Origin: an uncultured Desulfuromonadaceae bacterium
Lineage (GTDB): Bacteria; SDB-A
Reading direction: 5' to 3'
DNA length: 64,000 nucleotides
NCBI GenBank assembly: GCA_964397545.1
Contig: CAYNIW010000001.1
Coordinates: 24,714 to 88,713, forward strand
The stretch's first letter is position 1. Each line of letters starts with the position of its first letter. Below the pieces are notes generated by a model, which worked only from the letters and a program-made list of their open reading frames with translations, was not told where the DNA came from and did not search any database. Both the position numbers and the translations under genes were made by a program. Of this stretch, positions 1-10,300 are shown piece by piece.

Positions 1-1
1 C

Positions 2-433
2 GGCAACTATTCTTTCAGTCCGATGATGGCTGTTCAGGGAGAACTTCTTTTTACCCAGAAAGGCGCGAAATACAGCTACGGCAACGTAAAAGGTTCTTCT
101 ACTATCAATTACATCAATATTCCAATTCTTCTCAGATTAAACGTCCCCAACCTGACTTTTGGTTTGGCGTTTCTCGGAGGAGTTGACATGGGCGTAAAAG
201 TCTCAGCATCGCGGGAACAAGATGTCGGAGGGACAAAGACGAGCGGAGATTATGAAAACATAAACGGATTCGATATCGGCGCCGCTCTTGGAGCTGAAGC
301 TTGCTACATGAATTTTCTCTTTGAAGCAAGATACATCCACGGATTGACCAATGTTCCGGAAAAAGTAAATAATGTTCAGGCAGAAGCAAAAAATCAGGCT
401 ATCTGCGTCGGAGTCGGTTACCAGATAATGTAA
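2..433 (+). CDS. Outer-membrane beta-barrel (porin-like) protein, C-terminal fragment; the reading frame is open to the window edge
   Basis: Alternating hydrophobic/polar beta-strand pattern, Gly/Tyr-rich, no signal peptide at the first Met, so the gene probably starts upstream of the window. Confidence 0.4.
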   Translation, partial: GNYSFSPMMAVQGELLFTQKGAKYSYGNVKGSSTINYINIPILLRLNVPNLTFGLAFLGGVDMGVKVSASREQDVGGTKTSGDYENINGFDIGAALGAEACYMNFLFEARYIHGLTNVPEKVNNVQAEAKNQAICVGVGYQIM

Positions 434-453
434 TTTTTGATATCTTTGAAAAA

Positions 454-480
454 AGCCGCTCTAATGGGCGGCTTTTTCTT
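454..480 (+). terminator. Rho-independent terminator (stem agccgc/gcggct, 8-nt loop, T-tract)
   Basis: Perfect 6-bp GC-rich stem followed by ttttctt immediately after the stop at 433. Confidence 0.6.
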
Positions 481-489
481 TATCCAGAT

Positions 490-1122
490 ATGATTTCTGA
501 AAAATATTTAATCTCTTCTTACAAAAAATTGAAACCCGAGATAGAAAAATGCTTGACGAAGTTTGAGAAAACCGGAAAAAGTAAAGATGAAGATATTTTC
601 CCGGAGCTCTGTTTCTGCCTTCTAACGCCTCAGTCAAACGCGAAGAGGTGCTGGGGAGCTGTAGAAGAACTTCTGGAGAGAAATCTTCTGTTCGACGGTT
701 CAAAAGAGGAGTTGGCAAAAATTCTAAGGGACAAGACGCGTTTTCACAACTGCAAGGCTGAAAATATTGTCTCGGCGAGAAAACTTCTTCAAAAAATCCG
801 TTTTTGCGGCATGCTGAATATTAAAGACGACCTCCAAATGAGGGCTGAACTCGCCGAAAGAGTCAAAGGGATGGGGTATAAGGAGGCGAGCCATTTCATG
901 AGGAACATAGGCAGAGGAAAGAAAATCGCGATACTCGACAGACACGTATTAAGATTTCTAATGTCTTTCAAAGTATTAGATGAAATTCCAGAAAATCTTT
1001 CTGTAAAAGGATATCTTGAAACAGAAAATTTGTATGTAAATTTTTCAAAAAGAATATCAATACCCCCGGATCATCTTGACATGCTTATATGGTTTCACTC
1101 GACGGGCGAATTCTTCAAATGA
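490..1122 (+). CDS. ogg: N-glycosylase/DNA lyase, 8-oxoguanine DNA glycosylase (Ogg2-type, HhH-GPD)
   Basis: About 210 aa; ILDRHVLRFL-type helix-hairpin-helix region and a size typical of the short archaeal/bacterial Ogg family. Confidence 0.6.
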   Translation: MISEKYLISSYKKLKPEIEKCLTKFEKTGKSKDEDIFPELCFCLLTPQSNAKRCWGAVEELLERNLLFDGSKEELAKILRDKTRFHNCKAENIVSARKLLQKIRFCGMLNIKDDLQMRAELAERVKGMGYKEASHFMRNIGRGKKIAILDRHVLRFLMSFKVLDEIPENLSVKGYLETENLYVNFSKRISIPPDHLDMLIWFHSTGEFFK

Positions 1123-1757
1123 AGAATAAATTTTTTTTATTTTTAATTTTTTCATCTTTAATAATAACAGAACTTTCATCTGGAACTGACGAAGATCCTT
1201 ACAGGAATTACAGCTCATGGAGAAGATTTAAGACGGCTGAGTTCATGTTGTCCGGGGATTGCTGGCGGTTTTCTTTTTTTGAAATATCCACAGGGGGGCT
1301 GAACCGCAAATTCGGCAGAGGTTTTGGCATTGTCGAGGTTAATAAAATTTATGAAAATGACGGTTTTTATAAAGAAACACTTGTAATTTCGGTTTTGCCG
1401 GTCTTTTTATACACTGCTTTTCCTCTGGGCAAAGTGCCTCGCAACATTGATGACAACACCGGCGAAGGAAGAATAGTCATAGTGCCGAAACAGGGATTCT
1501 TTCAATATCCGGCTTGTTTTTATATGAACATGAAACTTGGTCTTTTTTCTATTGCCTACTCCGAAGAGGAAAGGGAATATGCCGTTTCATACTGTTTTTC
1601 CTTTTCATTGGAAAAATCTTTGTGGTATCAGAATTTTTTGGCGCTGGAAGCGGGATACAACGGGTTTCTCTATCCCATTGACGGTAAATGCGCGGGAACT
1701 TACTACATAGGATTATCTTCGGGAGTGTTGTCAAACTGGAAAAGAGTTGATATATAG
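1119..1757 (+). CDS. Hypothetical secreted protein
   Basis: In-frame ATG at 1119 gives MKNKFFLFLIFSSLIITELSSG, a signal-peptide-like N-terminus; no recognisable domain. Confidence 0.45.
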   Translation: MKNKFFLFLIFSSLIITELSSGTDEDPYRNYSSWRRFKTAEFMLSGDCWRFSFFEISTGGLNRKFGRGFGIVEVNKIYENDGFYKETLVISVLPVFLYTAFPLGKVPRNIDDNTGEGRIVIVPKQGFFQYPACFYMNMKLGLFSIAYSEEEREYAVSYCFSFSLEKSLWYQNFLALEAGYNGFLYPIDGKCAGTYYIGLSSGVLSNWKRVDI

Positions 1758-1762
1758 AAAGC

Positions 1763-3400
1763 ATGAAAATTTGTCTTGCTCAGCTGAACACAAAAATAGG
1801 CGATTTTGAAGGAAATTTATATAAAGCAAAGAAAGCCGTTGAAACCGCCGCGAGAAAAGGTTCTGATTTAGTCATCTTCTCGGAATTGTTCATCACCGGA
1901 TATCCTCCCAAAGACCTTCTCGAACAAAAATTTTTTCTCGACAGATCAGAACGCATCTTCGGTGAATACTTAAAACTGTCATCAAGATTTCCTTCGACAT
2001 CCATTGTCTTGGGATGTGTCGAAAAAAACGGAAAAGGCAAAGGGCTGTATAATTCAGCATGCGTTCTTCACGGCGGAAAAAAAATATTCAGCCAGCCGAA
2101 AACCCTTATTCCTTACTACGACGTGTTCGATGAAGTAAGGTATTTCGACTCTTCCGAATCTAGCGAGTTGTTCGTATTCGGGGGGAAAAAGATAGGCCTG
2201 ACAGTGTGCGAAGACGCCTGGTCTGATTCAAAAAATTGGAAAGGAAGCGCACTTTACGAAAAAGACCCGATAGATATTTTGTGCTCAAAAGGAGCGGAGC
2301 TGATAATCAACATTTCGGCTTCTCCTTATTCAGTCGGCAAGGGAAAAAAAAGAAAGGAAATCTTCGGCAATATCGCTAAAAATTACGGAGTCGTATTTAT
2401 TTTTCTCAATCAGGTTGGGGCAAACGACGAATTGATTTTCGACGGCGGCAGTTTTGTTTTTTCTAAAGACGCAAAACCGCTGGTCCTCCTTTCTTCTTTT
2501 GAGGAAGAAATCGCTTTTTATGAAACAGGGAATAAGAAAATCTTGTTAAATAAAGCTGAATTTAGTCAACCCGAAGAAATATATAAAGCGCTGAAACTCG
2601 GAGTCAGGGATTATCTGGGTAAATGCGGATTCAAAAAAGCCGTAATCGGGCTTTCGGGGGGTATTGATTCCGCGGTCACGGCTTGTATTGCCGCTGGAGC
2701 TATCGGCAGAGAAAACCTGACGGGCATAACAATGCCTTCGCGTTTTTCTTCTAAAGGCAGTATCGACGATTCAAAGGCTCTCGCTGAGAACCTGGGTATA
2801 GATTTTATCAAAATACCGATAGAGCAGATATATAATGCTTACCTCTCTTCTTTTGAAACTTATTTCGAGGGCTTGCCGTTCGACGAGACGGAAGAAAATA
2901 TTCAGGCGAGAATAAGGGGCAATTTGCTCATGGCTTTTTCAAACAAGTTCGGTTCAATGCTTCTTTCAACCGGAAACAAAAGCGAACTTGCCGTGGGATA
3001 CTGCACATTATACGGGGATATGAGCGGAGGACTTGCGGTTTTGTCTGATGTCCCGAAGACGACAGTCTATGAACTCGCATCTCATATAAACAAAAAAGAA
3101 AAAATAATTCCTGCGGACACAATATTAAAGCCTCCTTCTGCCGAGTTGAAATTTGATCAAAAAGATCAGGACACATTGCCGCCTTATGAAATTCTTGACA
3201 AAATTCTCGAACTACTGGTTGAAAAAAATCTTTCACCAGATGAAATTGAATCGAGAGGTTTCGACATAAAGACGGTTAATTTCATCGCGGAAAGAGTTTT
3301 TAAAAATGAACATAAAAGGCGTCAAGCCGCGATAGGTTTGAGAATTTCGGAAAAAGCTTTCGGCTCAGGAAGAAGAATGCCGATAGCGGCTTTTTACTAA
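1763..3400 (+). CDS. nadE: Glutamine-dependent NAD+ synthetase (N-terminal CN-hydrolase domain plus C-terminal NAD synthetase domain)
   Basis: Nitrilase-like N-terminal half; PP-loop GLSGGIDSAV in the C-terminal half; 545 aa. Confidence 0.9.
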   Translation: MKICLAQLNTKIGDFEGNLYKAKKAVETAARKGSDLVIFSELFITGYPPKDLLEQKFFLDRSERIFGEYLKLSSRFPSTSIVLGCVEKNGKGKGLYNSACVLHGGKKIFSQPKTLIPYYDVFDEVRYFDSSESSELFVFGGKKIGLTVCEDAWSDSKNWKGSALYEKDPIDILCSKGAELIINISASPYSVGKGKKRKEIFGNIAKNYGVVFIFLNQVGANDELIFDGGSFVFSKDAKPLVLLSSFEEEIAFYETGNKKILLNKAEFSQPEEIYKALKLGVRDYLGKCGFKKAVIGLSGGIDSAVTACIAAGAIGRENLTGITMPSRFSSKGSIDDSKALAENLGIDFIKIPIEQIYNAYLSSFETYFEGLPFDETEENIQARIRGNLLMAFSNKFGSMLLSTGNKSELAVGYCTLYGDMSGGLAVLSDVPKTTVYELASHINKKEKIIPADTILKPPSAELKFDQKDQDTLPPYEILDKILELLVEKNLSPDEIESRGFDIKTVNFIAERVFKNEHKRRQAAIGLRISEKAFGSGRRMPIAAFY

Positions 3401-4083
3401 AGCTGATGATCCCATCTTATAGATTTAAGACCGCAGTTTAAATCTTCAATACTTTTGATTATTTCATGTGAAAGTTTGTCGGCGGGACCACACTGGAACA
3501 GCTTTAAGTATATTTTAAGCCTGACTGTCTTTTCGGAATAATTTTTTTTCACGCTGAAAGTGATTATCTTCATTCTCTGCTTTTTGAGCGCGTCTATAAG
3601 AACCGAGGGTTCAAAAGTCTCGTCGGTTTCGACTATCAGAAATCTGTATGAATCTTTTGTAAATTTTTTTTCGAGTAAATGCATGAACATGAGGGTTATA
3701 ACAGCGATGGAAGTCGAAAAAAAGGCGAGAGAATAATACCCCGATGCAGTTGCCATCCCTATTCCTGCGGTCACCCAAAGAGAGGCCGCAGTTGTAAGGC
3801 CGCGGACATTGAATCCCTCCTTGAGTATTGTTCCCGCTCCGATGAAACCGATGCCCGTCAAAATCTGCGCCGCTATTCTTGAAGGGTCGGCCAATCCTTT
3901 GAAAACCGGATCCAATGCGATTTTTATTGAAATTATCATAAAAAGAGCGGAGCCCAGGCATACAAGGATATGAGTTCTGAATCCCGCCGCTCTCCCGTGA
4001 ATGTCTCTTTCAATACCAATCAGCGCCCCTAATAAAGAGGCAAGCGCGAGTCTTGCAATATATGATGAAAAATATTCAGGCAT
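3397..4083 (-). CDS. mgtC: MgtC/SapB family membrane protein
   Basis: N-terminal LALASLLGALIGIERD motif typical of the MgtC family; multiple TM helices. Confidence 0.75.
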   Translation of the reverse strand: MPEYFSSYIARLALASLLGALIGIERDIHGRAAGFRTHILVCLGSALFMIISIKIALDPVFKGLADPSRIAAQILTGIGFIGAGTILKEGFNVRGLTTAASLWVTAGIGMATASGYYSLAFFSTSIAVITLMFMHLLEKKFTKDSYRFLIVETDETFEPSVLIDALKKQRMKIITFSVKKNYSEKTVRLKIYLKLFQCGPADKLSHEIIKSIEDLNCGLKSIRWDHQL

Positions 4084-4139
4084 TACGAGAATATTATATT
4101 TGTTAAAATCTCAACTGTAAAGGAAACGGAATTTTCATT

Positions 4140-7100
4140 TTAAGGCGCGTCTATTTTTCCGAGGATTTTTCGGACAACCCTCCTTCTCTTAAATCGGGCT
4201 AATTCATGTTCTGTCTTAAATGACCTGCAGTAGTTTCCTATCCAGGACAGACATTTAGTTTTGATTTTGACAAAAACCGCTGGTGAATCCCCGAATACGG
4301 ACAGCAAAGCATTTAACTCGTGGCCTTCTTCCGGCAAAGATTTTGACGATGAAATATAAGGCTTGAGTATGTTTCTCGCAGAGTCGAATTGTCTTTTTTG
4401 GTCTGTTTTCAAGAACACTACTGCCGTTGCAGTTCTGTAGCTGATTTGGAGATCTTCGCTGGTTTCATTTTTCAACTTTGAATAAAGTCTATGAAAATCG
4501 CTTAAATAGGGCTCAAAAGCCTCTATCCTTTGATTTTCAGCACAATGCAGCAGGATAAGCTCTAAAATGTAGAATTCCATGGTTTTTGACTTGAGCTCGC
4601 GAAAGACTTTCTGAGCTTTTTCTAAATATCCAATTGAGCGGGAAATTTTATCTTTATTGTATTCGACTTCCGACAGTCCGAGATTGTAATAGCCTTCGCC
4701 GAGGAGATTGTCAATTTTCAAATTTAGTCTATGGTAGCATTCAAGCCATTGCACTGCTTCTTCATTATTGCCGAATTCGGCAAAATGAGTCGCTATGTTG
4801 TATGAAGTTATGGCTTCACCGAGGCTGTATCCTGTTTTTCTGTCAATGTCGTTGGCTTTTCCATAAGCGGAAAGAGCCTTGTGCGGTTTTCCCATACTGT
4901 CGTATATAACGCCAAGATTGTTGTAATTAGTGGAAAGCAGAGACAAAAGATTCAGTTTAGCAGCCTTTTTTTCAATTTCCAACCGGATTTTGAGAGCTTT
5001 CTCGGGTTGCCCTTTTTCATTTAATATGTCGGCGAGTTTGCCTCTGTAAGAAAGCGAGACGGAATTGTTTTTATTGAGCAGAAGCTTTTTTGCTCTGTCA
5101 AGAATTGTATGGGAGTGGTTGATATCGCCGAGGAAATACAAAGCGTCGGCTTTATTCATCAGAAGTTTGAAAACAAGACCTTTTTCGATTTTGTTGTTTT
5201 TTTTCGCAAGAGAAAGTCCCTTTTCAATAAATGTCAAAGATTCTCTGTAACGGCTTGTTCTTAAAAAATGAGCGGAGATTTCAAGATAAAAAAGCGCTTT
5301 TTCGGATGAATTGAGGGAAAGTGAATTTATTCTGCCGAGAAAAAAAAGTGATTTTTTATGATTGCCGCAAAATCCGTATATTCTTCCTGCTATCATGAGA
5401 TAATCGAACATAAGCTTTTTAGAGGGTGAAAAAAGTCCTTGTCCAATTATTTCTTCACATTTTTCGAGACAGTCTATCGCGTGATGGAAAGAATAACGCT
5501 TCTCGTCGTATTGCGAGGAGAGAAGAAAATACTTAAAAGCTTTTTCGTAATTTTTGGACATTTGGGCATGGTGCGCCATTAATTGTGCGAAAGACATATC
5601 TTTTGATCTGGAGTTTTCAAGATACTTAAACATCTCGCCGTGAAGCCGTATCTTTTCTTCATTTGTTATGCTCGAGTATATAGTGTCTCTTATCATGATG
5701 TGGCAAAAAGAATATTCGCCGTTTGATGTCTGTGAAATGAAATTTTTTTCCGTGGATTCATTGATAGTTAGATTGCCGGAAATGCCTTTAACCGACAGGA
5801 TCATCTCTTTTTGAAAAGTATAACCCGCGACGGATGCCGCCTCCAAAAAGGCTTTTGTTTTGTCTCTCAAAATGTCAAAACGGCTCATTATTATTTCACC
5901 GACGGTTTGGGGGACTGTAAAATTTTCAATCGCTTTACCGGTCCACATATTTTTGTCTTTCCAGAGGATTTTTCTATCTATGAGCATTTTTGTTATCTCC
6001 TCTAAATAAAGAGGATTCCCCTGGCAGTGATCGAGGATTTGAGTTCGCAATTCAGCCGGTATATTTTCGACATTTAAGATAAAAGAAATCAACTCCTGTG
6101 ATTCGGATTTCTGAAGAGGGAACAGTGCGATTTGATGCAGGCGTGAAAATTTAGAAAATTTTCCCATGTATTCTGAAAGGATGTCTCCGGAATCACTCGA
6201 ACGTGAAATCATGACAATCAATGCTTTTTTAGGCGGGAGCTCCCTTGCCAGAACTTCAATGAGGTCCAACAGCGGTTTTTTTGCCCAGTGAAGGTCTTCA
6301 AAGATAAAAATTTTTCTTTTTTTACCGGAGTGTTCAACACTCAGTTTTGAAAGTTCAGCGAGAATTTTCAACAAAAATCTAATCTTCGGTTTTTCAGAAT
6401 CAATGGAAAATTTCCCCGTGAAAAAATCAATAAAAGTGTCCGCGGCAAGGTTATGATAAGAGATGCTGCTCTTTTTAAGAAAATTTCTGAATTTTATGAG
6501 GTCTTTTCGGGTCAGATCTTTAATTGAAAATTCCGGAAGAAGTGATTCAATGAAAGATTTGACACCGCTGAAACTATCCGCCCCGTATGGTATTGATCTG
6601 GCTTTTATGGTTTCTGATCCTTTCCAGACCTTTCTTTTCAATTCTTCCACGAACCTTGTTTTTCCAACGCCGGGTTCTCCCGTGACCAGAAGCATCTTGT
6701 TTGAATTGTCGTTTTTATTAAGAAAATTTATTACAGATAAGAATTCCTTTTCCCTTCCGACAAAAGGAACACTGGCCCATTTTATTCCGCGCCTGCTCTG
6801 TCTTCTTATTTTTTGAGACAAGAGTTTATGAACATCTACAACATTTTTTTTTCCTTTGAATCTGACGCTTTGGACAAACCGAGTGTTGAAAAGATGCGAT
6901 ACGTCTTTCCGGACTTTATGGCTAATGTATATCTGATTTTTTGGGCATATCTGTTGGAGCCGGCTCGCGACATTAATCGCGTCTCCTACTATTGAAAGGG
7001 ATGATTTTCCGTTGACGTCTATTTCTCCGCAGAGGAGGTCGCCGGAGTGGATCCCTATGTGAAAGGAAATCGGAATACCCGCTGATTCGGTGAGAATCGC

Positions 7101-7364
7101 GGAAGATTTCCTTATTTCAAGGGCTGATAAGACAGCTCTCTCATCCTGATTTTCCAGGGATAAAGGCGCTCCGAAGGCAAAGACTATCTGATCTCCCACA
7201 GTCTGATATAAAAAGCCTCCAAATTTTTTCGCGATTTTATCGGCTCTGCAGAAGACAAGTTCGAGAATTTTTTTTACTTTTTCCGGGTCATTGTTTTCAG
7301 CTATGGATGAAAATCCTGCTATGTCCACAAAAAGAAGAGAGCAAAATCTACGGGATGTCTTCAT
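4140..7364 (-). CDS. Class III adenylate/guanylate cyclase domain protein with AAA/STAND-type NTPase and C-terminal TPR repeats
   Basis: N-terminal cyclase motifs FVDIAGFS, TVGDQIV, GIHSGDLLCGEI, VGDAINVASRLQ; Walker A GEPGVGKT; long TPR-like C-terminal half; 1074 aa. Confidence 0.75.
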   Translation of the reverse strand: MKTSRRFCSLLFVDIAGFSSIAENNDPEKVKKILELVFCRADKIAKKFGGFLYQTVGDQIVFAFGAPLSLENQDERAVLSALEIRKSSAILTESAGIPISFHIGIHSGDLLCGEIDVNGKSSLSIVGDAINVASRLQQICPKNQIYISHKVRKDVSHLFNTRFVQSVRFKGKKNVVDVHKLLSQKIRRQSRRGIKWASVPFVGREKEFLSVINFLNKNDNSNKMLLVTGEPGVGKTRFVEELKRKVWKGSETIKARSIPYGADSFSGVKSFIESLLPEFSIKDLTRKDLIKFRNFLKKSSISYHNLAADTFIDFFTGKFSIDSEKPKIRFLLKILAELSKLSVEHSGKKRKIFIFEDLHWAKKPLLDLIEVLARELPPKKALIVMISRSSDSGDILSEYMGKFSKFSRLHQIALFPLQKSESQELISFILNVENIPAELRTQILDHCQGNPLYLEEITKMLIDRKILWKDKNMWTGKAIENFTVPQTVGEIIMSRFDILRDKTKAFLEAASVAGYTFQKEMILSVKGISGNLTINESTEKNFISQTSNGEYSFCHIMIRDTIYSSITNEEKIRLHGEMFKYLENSRSKDMSFAQLMAHHAQMSKNYEKAFKYFLLSSQYDEKRYSFHHAIDCLEKCEEIIGQGLFSPSKKLMFDYLMIAGRIYGFCGNHKKSLFFLGRINSLSLNSSEKALFYLEISAHFLRTSRYRESLTFIEKGLSLAKKNNKIEKGLVFKLLMNKADALYFLGDINHSHTILDRAKKLLLNKNNSVSLSYRGKLADILNEKGQPEKALKIRLEIEKKAAKLNLLSLLSTNYNNLGVIYDSMGKPHKALSAYGKANDIDRKTGYSLGEAITSYNIATHFAEFGNNEEAVQWLECYHRLNLKIDNLLGEGYYNLGLSEVEYNKDKISRSIGYLEKAQKVFRELKSKTMEFYILELILLHCAENQRIEAFEPYLSDFHRLYSKLKNETSEDLQISYRTATAVVFLKTDQKRQFDSARNILKPYISSSKSLPEEGHELNALLSVFGDSPAVFVKIKTKCLSWIGNYCRSFKTEHELARFKRRRVVRKILGKIDAP

Positions 7365-7371
7365 CCTTTTT

Positions 7372-10300
7372 TCAGAATCTGAATTCAGCCCAGATGTTTA
7401 AACCTACGTTCCTTATTTTTCTGCCTGTCTGCCTGTCTTCATTTATAGTGTATATGCCGTTCATTCCGCCGGTCACGTTCTGTGAAAAGTTATATGAAGC
7501 CGTGGGAGCGACTGAATAGTTTGATCTGAAAGAAACTATTTCTCCAGAAGTCCTGTACATTTCTTTCGCAGTACTGTAATTGTAAGCAAGAGAAAAAGTC
7601 ATAAGGCTGTTGAAGCGCAATGTCCTCCCGAAAAAAGGAAGACCGCCGGGAGCCGAAAAACTGTAGCTCACTGTCGCGGAATAAGAGTTGTTGAGCTGTC
7701 TGAGATATGTCTTTATTACACCGAGATTATCAATATCTGTCTGGGATCTCGTGGTCGAAAAATTGGTCAGGAAACCTTTCTTCCATCTGACCTGAAAAGA
7801 AACAAGCGGAGACATGTCGAGAGCCAGAGTAGTTCGCGTAGGTTCCTGATTTTCAGGTCCGGATTTCGATCTTGTCGTAGTAAAACCTGTTGAAATTGTC
7901 GAATTTTCAATAGCGTCAAGTTTCATAAATTTTTGAATATTCAGAAGGCTGACCGTTAATCGGGGCCATACTGTTGTTTCCGTGTATGTCATGTTGCCGA
8001 CATTTCCGCCGAAATTCCGGGACCAATTAAAGTGAACACCGGCAGTCAGGTTCGTAAAATTCAATCCGGAATTGCCAGAAAAACTGTATAACCATCCGAA
8101 ATAATCATTCGGAGAGACGTATTTCCCTGTCTCTTCGGGGTCCACATTTTCCAAGAAACCAAGCTGATATCTCCAGTCCGGAAGAGAAGTAAGTCTGTAG
8201 AGCCGGGTTGTTCTCGTCCTTGAAACGGTCAGGTTCAAAGGGGAAAGGTTCCTGCCGAATTTACCGAAATTCATTAAAAACCATTGCGGTGAGCCAGGCG
8301 AGGACAAAGAATCCTTGCTTTCATCCCTTATCTTTCCTATAAATTCGAAGGGCTGAACGAAACTGACTGTTGTGTTGAAGGATAGAGTGTTTGTATTGGA
8401 AACATTGTATATATCGGCAGTGTCGTAAGGCATTCTCAGCTCCGGGCGCGTATCTTCAGTATAGTTCGTTTCGAAAGTCACTGTCGGCCTGATGAAAGAC
8501 AAGGGAAGGGGACTGTATCTTGCCGTCACTCTCTGGGATTTGATTATCTGCCTTCCGAGCATATAGTCGGAGATCTCAAGATCCCGGTTTTGAGTGAGAG
8601 AATATGTGAAACTCATCGGTTTTAATAAGTTGTAGCCCAGCGTCAGAGTGGTATTGAGATTTCTCTGCAGAAGGCTCGCTAGAAGCTGACCTGAGGTGTC
8701 GGGTATGAGATGGGAAGTGACTTTTGTGTAAGAATATGTGGACGTGAAGCTTATAATATTCAAGAATGTTCCTATTTCCTGTCCAGCAAACCTCAAGGGT
8801 TTTACCGTTGGGTTATGGGACCATGTGTATGTGGCTGTTTTGACCCAATTGGAATCCGCTCTGTTATATGTTATGTTGTTGTTGTTGGACCAGGAATAAT
8901 TGAATCTCGAATGGTCTATCATCAGCGACACAAGGGTATTTAAGGATTTGCCGGATTTAGAGAGAGAGAATGAAAAGTGCCTTGTCTCGGATGACGATGA
9001 TTGTTCTCTCGACTCTTCGGGATTGAGCCTTATGTCTGATCCCGGGTAGAATTTTGGATAACTGTTGGTTTTCGAATAAGAAGCGGTCAGAGGGAATGAC
9101 AGCATCCATCTCGAAGGAAAAATTTTTCCCCCTTGGAAAGTAGCGTTTCCGGAATAATTTAAGGCAGTGGAGCCGCTTCCCCGCTCTTCGGTTATCCTCT
9201 GGTAGTCGGCGTCGACCTTGTAACCCGCGAGATTGACGGACAGGACATCTCCAAAAGTCATCCCCACATTTATATTTGTCGCCAAACCTCTTTCTCTGTA
9301 TGGCGAGACGAGCCTCAGATCGTTCATCCATATTTCGCCGTCAAGACCCATGGTCTGATTTTCGTTGACGACGCTCAGTGTCGTCCTGTTTATTTTAGTG
9401 AGAGAAGGTTTGTTCGCTCCGTAGGTGGTTATGTAATAATTCCCCGAATTCCAAGTTCCGGTTGTGTCTCCTTCGACTGTTTTTTTAAGATCAATAAACT
9501 TATCAAACTCAATTGACAATTCCTGCCATCCGTTGGGAATTGGCGTTCTGTATTCGTAATAGGAAAGGGTATCTCCGCCGAATTTTATAGAAAAATATCC
9601 ATCCTGTCCGTCTCCGTGGACATACAGAAGCATCTTTCTGTAATTATTGTAGTTGTCAGCCATGACAGTGGAGTAATAACAGCTTGCGGTTCTTCTGTAG
9701 CCTATGTTTCTCAGGACAAAAGCGAGGGATTGCTCTCTTTTTGTGTTGCCGTAATTGTCCCTTCCGGGGTCGAATGGAGGATAATACCCCGGATCATCGT
9801 AGTTATTTCTTGTCGTCACTTCGAAAAATTCTTCCGGGATGGGAATCGCTGTCGAGTCCGCTGAATAGATGTCGTTTCTCTTCCATCTGTTTCCTGAAAC
9901 GGAAATTCCTCCGAAGACAACAGAGTCTGTCCCGGTGAATCCGTCTATCCATATTCTTGCGTATCTTACTCTTTCCCAGTCAGGAGATCCGACATAGGTT
10001 CCTACGCCGCTGTCGTGAAGAGGTATCTTGAATAACCTCCAGCCGTTGCCTCTGTCTATGTCGAGAAACAAAGTGTCATCCACGGAAAATGAATATTCGA
10101 CGAAGTCTCTGGACATGTTGAGGATTCCGTCTCCGTTGAGGTCTTCCGTGTCGAGAATTTTGTTGTTTTCAGTGCCCTTGAGCTGTCTGTATGTGGACTG
10201 GTTTACGTCGTCAGGATAGTCGTCGTTCCATTCGTCTCCCGGTATGCGGTCCGCGTCTTTTCCCGCCACTCCGTCGAGTCCCACGTCTTCGCCTATATCG